Source: Longimicrobiales bacterium (GTDB lineage Bacteria; Gemmatimonadota; Gemmatimonadetes; Longimicrobiales; Gaopeijiaceae). Taken from it: a stretch of 64,000 nt of DNA. Every line of letters starts with the position of its first letter. Positions within the stretch are counted from its first letter, which is position 1. The stretch spans positions 416,001 through 480,000 of the forward strand of contig CBDCNQ010000004.1 in assembly GCA_965219445.1 (NCBI GenBank). The letters run 5' to 3'. Position numbers and translations under genes: made by a program. The notes under the pieces are model-generated. The model saw nothing but the letters and a program-made list of their open reading frames with translations. It was not told the DNA's origin and ran no database searches. Shown here one piece after another: positions 41,521 to 48,647 of the stretch.

Positions 41521-41690
41521 AGGCTCGTCGAGCACTCTCGCCCTTTCCGGACATTAGTGTCCCACGTATCTTGTCATCGATACTCACCATCGGTATCGCG
41601 ACCTGGCCACTGGAAGCCCGGCTCAGGGAGTGACGATCCCAGGCGCAGATCAGGTGAGCGTTTTCCACGTCGTCTTATGCAGGAGGCAGA

Positions 41691-43784
41691 ATGACAACTC
41701 GACATCGGAGCACTTCAGGCGTCCTTGCTCTCGCGATCGCACTCGGCGTCGCGATGCCGGGATCCGCGCAGCTCACGGGCCTCGAGAACGGAGAGTGGCG
41801 TTACCTAATCGGCGACGCTGGCGCCACCCGGTCCAATCCACAGCTGACCCAGATCAATGCCTCCAACTTCGATGACCTGGAGGTGACTTGGATCTGGCGG
41901 GGCGACAACGCCGGGCCGTCACCCGCGTACACGTCGCGGGCGGTCCCGATCTACGTAGACGGGATTCTGTACACCGTGTCGGGCAGCCGCCGCCAGGTCG
42001 TTGCGATCGATCCGGCGACGGGAGAGACGGTCTGGATGTTCCGTGAGCCCAACACCACGAGGTTCATGCGGTCGCCCAGGGCGGCGCACGGAAAGGGCGT
42101 CGCTTATGGGGAAATAGACGGACGAGGCGTGATCTACATCACGACGCCTGCGTTCTTCATGTGGGCCCTGGACGCCAAGACGGGGCTGCCCCTGGAGAAC
42201 TGGGGCTCGCCCGTACCGCTCGATGACTTCGCGCAAACGGGGGTCGTCGACCTGATCCCGGACCTCATCGGGGATTGGGGGCCGTGGCAGGACTACGTGG
42301 CCGCGGGGGGGACCTACGACCCGGACTATGGGATTCCCAGGGAGCTGGGGATGGTCACGAGCTCCTCGCCCCCGATCATCGTGAACGACGTCATCGTGGC
42401 GCAGACCGCCCACGAGCCCGCTTACAGCCAACGCCGGATCGAGAACGTCCCGGGCGACCTCTCGGGTTACGACGCCAGGACCGGACAGCAGCTTTGGAAG
42501 TTCCACGTCGCGCCGCGGCCCGGTGAGTTCGGCAACGACACCTGGGAGAACGACGCCTGGCGGTGGTCGGGGAACATGGGCCAGTGGGCTCCCGCGTCCG
42601 CCGATCCGGAGCTCGGGCTCGTATACTTCGTCACGAACGCCTCGACGATCCAGTCCTACACGGGCCATCGCCCGGGGGACAACCTCTTTGGCGGGAGCGT
42701 CATCGCGCTGGATGTCCAGACAGGGGAGCGTAGGTGGCACTTCCAGATCCACCACAGCGACCGCTGGAATTACGACCTTCCGGCCGCGCCGATCCTGCTG
42801 GACCTCACGGTGGACGGGCAGGAGATCCCGGCGCTGATCCAGAACACCAAGCAGGGGCTCGTCTTCGCGTTCAACCGGGAGACCGGGGAGCCGATCTGGC
42901 CCATCGAGGAGCGACCGGTTCCTCAGACGCAGGTCCCGGGCGACTGGACGTCACCGACGCAGCCCTATCCGACCCTTCCGTCGCCCCTGGATTCGATTGT
43001 CATCGACGGTCTGACTGACAAGTACATCATGGACTACACCCCGGATCTGGAGGCGCAGGCGCAGATCATCCGGAGTCAGTACCATATAGGTGGAACCTAC
43101 GCGCCGCCGCTCCCCTTCGATCACACGAACGATTACCGAGCCATGATCAACTGCGGCATGGGGGGCCTCAACATTCCCACCCCGGCAGTCGCGGATCCCA
43201 CGACGGGAATCATGTACGCCTCGCACTCCCGGAGGTGCGGAACCTCGGGTTTCCTGAGGCCCACGGAGGAGGAGGACCTCAGGGATTTCACCGCATTGCT
43301 GCCCGGCGCGAGATCCACGCCCACTACGGGCGTTAGGCCGGTTCCCTGGCTGCCCGGCGACGGCCCCCGCTTAGAGACCATAGATGGTCTGCCGATCTAC
43401 AAGCCCTACAGCGGGATCGTCGCTATCGACATGAACACGGGCACAAAGCTCTGGGACGTCCCCGTCGGCGAGACACCTGACAACATCCTCAACCACCCCC
43501 TCCTGGCAGGAGTGGACGTTCCCCGTACGGGAGCGGGAGGGGGCGGCATCCAGATGGTCATGGGCGATCTCCTGCTCCAGACCGCCCGGGGAGGCGGCGC
43601 CGGACCTGGCTCGGTCCTGAACGCCCGCGACAAGCGGACGGGTCAGGTCGTCGCCATGACCGAGCTCCCGACGCCCGGCCAGTACGGGATGATGTCGTTC
43701 ATGCACGAAGGCAAGCAGTACATCGTAGTGAACGTGAGCAGCGGAGACGTGCCAGGCGGCTATGTCGCGCTGACGCTTCCCTGA
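41691..43784 (+). CDS. Secreted PQQ-binding beta-propeller protein (quinoprotein glucose dehydrogenase-like)
   Basis: AGGAGG RBS; signal peptide; EW..Y.GD...R..L.QINASN; tryptophan-docking repeats (AIDPATGETVW, YDARTGQQLW, ALDVQTGERRWHFQ); C-terminal MSFMHEGKQYI. Confidence 0.85.
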   Translation: MTTRHRSTSGVLALAIALGVAMPGSAQLTGLENGEWRYLIGDAGATRSNPQLTQINASNFDDLEVTWIWRGDNAGPSPAYTSRAVPIYVDGILYTVSGSRRQVVAIDPATGETVWMFREPNTTRFMRSPRAAHGKGVAYGEIDGRGVIYITTPAFFMWALDAKTGLPLENWGSPVPLDDFAQTGVVDLIPDLIGDWGPWQDYVAAGGTYDPDYGIPRELGMVTSSSPPIIVNDVIVAQTAHEPAYSQRRIENVPGDLSGYDARTGQQLWKFHVAPRPGEFGNDTWENDAWRWSGNMGQWAPASADPELGLVYFVTNASTIQSYTGHRPGDNLFGGSVIALDVQTGERRWHFQIHHSDRWNYDLPAAPILLDLTVDGQEIPALIQNTKQGLVFAFNRETGEPIWPIEERPVPQTQVPGDWTSPTQPYPTLPSPLDSIVIDGLTDKYIMDYTPDLEAQAQIIRSQYHIGGTYAPPLPFDHTNDYRAMINCGMGGLNIPTPAVADPTTGIMYASHSRRCGTSGFLRPTEEEDLRDFTALLPGARSTPTTGVRPVPWLPGDGPRLETIDGLPIYKPYSGIVAIDMNTGTKLWDVPVGETPDNILNHPLLAGVDVPRTGAGGGGIQMVMGDLLLQTARGGGAGPGSVLNARDKRTGQVVAMTELPTPGQYGMMSFMHEGKQYIVVNVSSGDVPGGYVALTLP

Positions 43785-43858
43785 GCCCAGATCGTCCGAA
43801 CTCCGGCGGCGAGGTCGCCGGGGAGGCCATGCGTACCTGAGCGTCTCAAATGTGAGAC

Positions 43859-43900
43859 GCGCCGGGCTCCGGGATTCATACCCGGGGCCCGGCGCTTTTT
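43859..43900 (+). terminator. Rho-independent terminator of the PQQ gene
   Basis: gcgccgggctccggg-attcata-cccggggcccggcgc stem-loop followed by ttttt. Confidence 0.8.
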
Positions 43901-44849
43901 ATGGCCCCGCAGGCGAGGGTCGGCTGATTGCCAGCCGGAAACCGATGAATGAGCGCCGGGCACCTGGATCGGCGCCTCCGCGGATTGCTGCGCGCACGTT
44001 CCGCTCGCGATCGGCGAACGACCCGCCCCGCATGACCCAGAGGGCGTCCTCCCTCAGGTCGGTGGGACTCGCGCCCCCGTTGTAGGGAGCAGCCCGGAAG
44101 GGAGTGCGGGTCCATTCCCACACATTCCCCGCCATGTCGGCGAGGCCGTGGGGGCATTCCGGACAGGGAAGACTTCCAACCGGCTGGGTGCCCCCGCTCA
44201 TGAAATTGGCTCGGTCCCGCCGCGGCTCATCTCCCCAGGTATAGATCCGTCCGTCGGTGCCCCGAGCCGCCTTCTCCCATTCGGCCTCCGTGGGAAGGGT
44301 GACCCGCCAGCCTTCCCCGAGGAGACGGGCCAACTCGGCGGGCGTTTCCCGAGACTCCCGCAGCTGCCCCTCGAGCCAGCGCACGTAGCTCAAGGCGTCA
44401 GTCCACGAGACGGCGACCACCGGATGGTCCGCGAGTCCGGCGACGGCCGCGGGGTCGGCGCGGTACCCAGTCGCTTCCACGAACGCACGGAACTGCGCTA
44501 CGGTCACCTCGTACCGGCCGACGTAGAGGGTGGGAAGCTCCACCGTCGCTCGGCCCCCGGTGTCCAGCCAATGCTCGTTGTCGAAAGCGAGGGGATCGAG
44601 ACCCGGGTCGCTCCCCATGAGGAACGGGCCAGCGGGGATCTCCACGAACCCCAGGAGTTCCTCGGCCGCCAGGAACCATGCGTCGGCTCGGAACCGCGAA
44701 AGATCACTGGTGCCCGCCATCGGAGGCAGGGGCGGCTCGTCTGAGGTGGGCCGGAACGTCCAGACGGCGCCCACCAGCGTCAGCACCGCCAGGAAGATCG
44801 CACCTCCGCCCTGCCAGGCCGGACGAGCGGAGGAGCGCGCCTCGATCAT
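43899..44849 (-). CDS. FGE-sulfatase (SUMF1/EgtB/PvdO-like) domain protein with N-terminal membrane anchor
   Basis: IPAGPFLMGS, YEVTVAQF, HPVVAVSW.DA, LPTEAEWEKAARG, DMAGNVWEW, RGGSF, IGFR; start uncertain (44849-44906). Confidence 0.88.
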   Translation of the reverse strand: MIEARSSARPAWQGGGAIFLAVLTLVGAVWTFRPTSDEPPLPPMAGTSDLSRFRADAWFLAAEELLGFVEIPAGPFLMGSDPGLDPLAFDNEHWLDTGGRATVELPTLYVGRYEVTVAQFRAFVEATGYRADPAAVAGLADHPVVAVSWTDALSYVRWLEGQLRESRETPAELARLLGEGWRVTLPTEAEWEKAARGTDGRIYTWGDEPRRDRANFMSGGTQPVGSLPCPECPHGLADMAGNVWEWTRTPFRAAPYNGGASPTDLREDALWVMRGGSFADRERNVRAAIRGGADPGARRSFIGFRLAISRPSPAGP

Positions 44850-44863
44850 CGCTCTGTCATGGG

Positions 44864-46489
44864 TCAGAGCGACCGGAGCGCTAGGGCTGCGCACGCGAAG
44901 TCCCACTGATGATCGCAGGCCCGCGCGTAGAGCTCCGGCTCCGGCATGTCCAGAAGAGTGGCTTTGCCTTCACGCACCAACAGCCTCAAGTCCAGGGTCC
45001 GAGGGGGGGCGACGGCGAGGCCTTCCGGCTCCAGGAGGTTCAGGCAACCAGGTTGGAAGCGGGCCTCGCAGGCGCGGGTGAAATACCCCCGCGACAGCTC
45101 CGGATCAGGATCCGCGATCCGCCCTTCCGCAAGATGCCGCCCCAGCTCGTTGCAGGCCCAGCCGGAGTTGTCAACGCAGTAGGAGTACTCGACGTCAAGC
45201 AATCGGTCGCACGCCTTGCGCCGGCCCTCCTCGCAGGCCTGCTCCCAGAAGGGCACGCTGTGTCCCGTGTGGCGGCCGTCCGTTCGTCCGGTCGCGGTCA
45301 TCAGGATGAAGAACGGGATCCAGAGGGCCATATGGGCCAGGTTCAGCCGGGCGGGAGGCCACACGGGACGCATGCCGCCCCACCACGCCGTGCCCTGGAT
45401 CGTGCGTGCGAGGCGGTCGATCTGTTGGACGCTCAAGTTCAGGAGAGGGACGGCCAGCAGCTTGTCGTAGAACCTTGGGGCACCGATCACGTCCAGCCCG
45501 GCGAAAAGAGCGAAGACGCTGACCCCGTACAGGAGCCCAAAGACCGCCTTTCCGAGAGGGGTGCGGGGCGAGGTGGAGGGGTCCGTCACCAGTAGATAGA
45601 GCCCGAGGAAGACCGCGCTGGGGATCTCCGAATCGATGAAGTAAGGAACTCCGGTCACCGTGAAGTACCCTGCGCTCCAACCGAAGAGCACCACGGCGGC
45701 GAGTCCGGAGACGAGAGTGATCGAGAAGTTGTACATCGCGATCAGGCCGATCACGAAGAGAAACGTGTAGATGCCCGGCGCCATGCTCAGCGTGGACGCG
45801 ATCTCCTGGCCCCAGGTGAGATCCGTCGCGTTCATGGCGATCAATACCACCGAGAAGAGCCCCAACGAAAAGGCGGAGGGGTTGAAGATGTGCACCCGCC
45901 GGCCCTCCCGCGTCCAGCGCACGAACTCCTTGCCCAGGAACCCTACCGCGATCATCAGGAACTGCAGGTAAAACCAGTCGTCATGGAACCAGAGGAAGAG
46001 GTTCGTGCTGAGCACGATCGGGAAGACGCCGAACCCCAGGGCGTACGGCTGACGGCGGGACCACGCGAGGAGAATCCCGAAGGCGTAGGCGAAGAGGAGC
46101 TGTGCGAGCAGGAGCCACGCGTGCTCGTAGACCGGCCTCCAGTACCACCCCCAGTATCCGAACACGGAGAGCTGGAGGCATGCCTGAAGGTAATGCTGTG
46201 CTCGCAGGACAATCGAAAAGGCTGGGGTAGTGCGCTCCTCCTTCATCCCGAGGAAGAGCCATGCCTGCCAAGCCAGGAGCGCGCCCACTGAGGCGAAGAC
46301 CGACCCCACCAGGACGGGATGGTCTCGAACCCGCTCCACGAACGCGATAGGGACGAGGGCGAGGGTGAAGGACAGCGGAACCCAGAAGTGTCGACTCGGA
46401 GGTGCCGCCAGCGCAGGGGCTGCCTCGGCTGCTCGCTGCTTCTCTTGTCGGCGCTCCTTCCCAGGGGGCCGGGAACTTGTGGGCACCAT
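44864..46489 (-). CDS. RnfD/NqrB-like (UnbU-like) polytopic membrane protein with C-terminal Cys-rich Sel1-like repeats
   Basis: Many TMs; HIFNPSAF and LVTDPSTSPRT motifs as in RnfD/NqrB; four C-X7-C pairs at the C-terminus. Confidence 0.7.
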   Translation of the reverse strand: MVPTSSRPPGKERRQEKQRAAEAAPALAAPPSRHFWVPLSFTLALVPIAFVERVRDHPVLVGSVFASVGALLAWQAWLFLGMKEERTTPAFSIVLRAQHYLQACLQLSVFGYWGWYWRPVYEHAWLLLAQLLFAYAFGILLAWSRRQPYALGFGVFPIVLSTNLFLWFHDDWFYLQFLMIAVGFLGKEFVRWTREGRRVHIFNPSAFSLGLFSVVLIAMNATDLTWGQEIASTLSMAPGIYTFLFVIGLIAMYNFSITLVSGLAAVVLFGWSAGYFTVTGVPYFIDSEIPSAVFLGLYLLVTDPSTSPRTPLGKAVFGLLYGVSVFALFAGLDVIGAPRFYDKLLAVPLLNLSVQQIDRLARTIQGTAWWGGMRPVWPPARLNLAHMALWIPFFILMTATGRTDGRHTGHSVPFWEQACEEGRRKACDRLLDVEYSYCVDNSGWACNELGRHLAEGRIADPDPELSRGYFTRACEARFQPGCLNLLEPEGLAVAPPRTLDLRLLVREGKATLLDMPEPELYARACDHQWDFACAALALRSL

Positions 46490-46739
46490 CAGTCCTCAAC
46501 GGGCTGGAGATTCCCCCTCGGTGCTCTAGTAGCGTGCACTGAAGGCGTTCTGGTGAACCGTTTCACGCTAGTCGACGGAAGGCGAGGGAGCAAACCCGAC
46601 CGTTGCTAGCACCTATGCCTCGCTAGAAGAACCCCGATGAACGATGCGATGATAGAAGAACGTGACCGGGCGATGCTCGTCCGAGCGGAGTGGGTCACCA
46701 TGGAGGGCCGCTGGAACGGGGGGAAGCGGGAGGAGCGAA

Positions 46740-46990
46740 GCCGTGCGCCAGAATACCGCAACACAGGTAGGCCCGGAAGTCTCGCTCAACCCATGAGGGG
46801 ACGCCGTCCCCCATGGGGTCCGCCTCGGCGGCCTGCGCGAGGAAGGTCTCAAGGTGATGTTGCACCAGCGGGTAGAGCGGCTTCTGGGTAGGGCGGAGGA
46901 GGAGGAAGACGGACCCACGGCTCGGCGCCGTGGGCGGATGGGGTGGGTGTGATCGAGGGCTGACTCGTACACGGCGTGGCGTGGGGTGCA
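46740..46990 (-). pseudogene. IS91-family (rolling-circle) transposase N-terminal remnant
   Basis: ...PLYPLVQHHLETFLAQA...GVPSWVERDFRAYLCCGILAHGFA matches the start of the IS91 transposase zinc-binding region; homology stops right after, and the upstream HAVYE is in another frame; boundaries approximate. Confidence 0.7.
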
Positions 46991-47142
46991 TCCCGGACCG
47001 TGAGGCGAGTGCGGTGGCATCAACATGGCTGGACCGGACGAATGCTCGGCAGCCCGAGGGATCGCCTCCCCTCGCCGCGCCGGAAAAAAGACCGCTTTAG
47101 CGCAAGGGGGGGCAGCTTCCAAAAGCCCGACATGATGGTTCT

Positions 47143-47247
47143 GGAGCGCTGTCTCACTCCGTCGAGCGGGCGTCTGGGAGCGCAGGGTGGGGGCGAGGGG
47201 GCCGGGACCGCGGACAGCAGCCCCGAGACGGAGTGAGACGGCGCTCC
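47143..47247. repeat. 105-bp element with 21-bp inverted repeats (20/21 match)
   Basis: ggagcgctgtctcactccgtc (47143-47163) ... gacggagtgagacggcgctcc (47227-47247). Confidence 0.75.
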
Positions 47248-47258
47248 CACCACGCGTG

Positions 47259-48557
47259 TCAGGGCACCAACCGGTTCACGAGCCGCGGAAACGGAATCAA
47301 CTCCCGCACGTGAGGGCGCCCCGTGAGCCAAGCCACGGTCCGTTCCAGCCCGAGCCCGAAGCCTGAGTGGGTGAAGGTTCCATATCGCCTCAGGTCCAAA
47401 TACCAGGAATACGTCTCCTCTGGAAGCTTTTCCTCCCGGATCCGGGCCAACAGCTTGTCGGGATCGTCTTCACGCTGACTCCCTCCGATGAGCTCACCGT
47501 ATCCGCGCACGAGCAGGTCGTTACATCGAACCGTTCTCGGGTCGTCCGGATTTTCCTTCATGTAGAAGGCTTTCACGGCCTTGGGGTAGTCATGGACGAA
47601 GACAGGCTGATCAAACTGCTCGGTCAGCAACATTTCGTCAGGCGCCCCCAGATCGCGACCCCACTCGATCTCGCTTCCCTTCTCCCGTAGAAGGTCCACG
47701 GCATCCGTGTAGGAGATGCGCGCGAAGGGGGAGGCGATCGTCTCCAACTCCGATGTGTCGCGCTCCAGCACCGCGAGCTCATGGCTGCACCGATCGAGCA
47801 CCCACTCCACGAGGTAGCAGGTCAAGTCCTCTTGGAGGCGCATGTTGTCATCGGAGTCGGCGAACGCAACCTCCGGCTCGAGCATCCAGAATTCGGTCAG
47901 GTGTCGCCGTGTCTTGGATTTTTCAGCCCGGAACGTAGGGCCGAAGCAGTACACCTTCCGGAAAGCGGGGCATGCCGTCTCGACGTACAGCTGACCGGTC
48001 TGTGCCAAGAAGGCTGGCTCACCGAAGTAGTCGGCCTCGAACAGCGTGCCTGCGGACTCGCCGATCGAGCCGGTAAGGATAGGGGTGTCGATGCGGACGA
48101 AGTCCCGATCATAGAAGAAGTCGTTTATGGCCTGCTCGACTTCGTGACGGACGCGTAGACCCGCGCGCTGGAGGGTCGACCGGAGCCAGAGGTGCCGGTG
48201 GTCCAGGAGGAACTCGACGCCGTGCTCCTTGGGCTGGATCGGGTACTCCTCCGAAGCTCCGAGCAACTCCATACCCGTCACGCCGACCTCATACCCGCCC
48301 GGTGCGCGCGCTTCCTCGCGTACCTCTCCGGTGAGCGCCACAGAGCATTCCTGGGTGAGTGTGTCCAACAGGGCCCAGGTGTCCTCCTGAAGCTCCTTCT
48401 TGAGGAGCACGCCCTGCACCAGTCCCGTGCCGTCCCGTAGAATGACGAAGCCGACCTTCCCATGGCTGCGGGTACTTTCGACCCATCCGAGAAGGGTGAC
48501 CGACGTCCCTACATGGTCGCCGAGGGACCCGACTTCCGTGATGTCTTCCTGACTCAT
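47259..48557 (-). CDS. asnS: Asparagine--tRNA ligase
   Basis: FVILRDGTG..Q, HRHLWLR, AQTGQLY, GPTFRAEKSKTRRHLTEFWM, WYLDLRRYG, GLGLER. Confidence 0.95.
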   Translation of the reverse strand: MSQEDITEVGSLGDHVGTSVTLLGWVESTRSHGKVGFVILRDGTGLVQGVLLKKELQEDTWALLDTLTQECSVALTGEVREEARAPGGYEVGVTGMELLGASEEYPIQPKEHGVEFLLDHRHLWLRSTLQRAGLRVRHEVEQAINDFFYDRDFVRIDTPILTGSIGESAGTLFEADYFGEPAFLAQTGQLYVETACPAFRKVYCFGPTFRAEKSKTRRHLTEFWMLEPEVAFADSDDNMRLQEDLTCYLVEWVLDRCSHELAVLERDTSELETIASPFARISYTDAVDLLREKGSEIEWGRDLGAPDEMLLTEQFDQPVFVHDYPKAVKAFYMKENPDDPRTVRCNDLLVRGYGELIGGSQREDDPDKLLARIREEKLPEETYSWYLDLRRYGTFTHSGFGLGLERTVAWLTGRPHVRELIPFPRLVNRLVP

Positions 48558-48569
48558 ATCGCTCGATCA

Positions 48570-48596
48570 CTAGAAGGCTGTTGGAGCAATGCAGTC
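48570..48596 (+). repeat. Degenerate end of the AGGCTGTTGAAG repeat family
   Basis: ctagaaggctgttggagcaatgcagtc resembles the 9521 and 4378 copies. Confidence 0.55.
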
Positions 48597-48647
48597 GCTC
48601 GACTCATTGAACGTTGAGTGTTCGCGACCGGCCGGAGAGTAGTCGGG

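Noticed and set aside
41384..41563. IS-end-like strings (tagagtgtgtccca, ttagtgtccca)
   Set aside because: Too short, no matching opposite end and no transposase; cannot be supported from the sequence alone.
44864..46489. True Rnf/Nqr respiratory complex subunit
   Set aside because: No other rnf/nqr genes, no recognisable covalent-FMN threonine motif, and an extra Cys-rich tail.
47120..47145. dif-like Xer site (atcatgtcggg on the minus strand)
   Set aside because: Only weak similarity to one arm and no convincing second arm.
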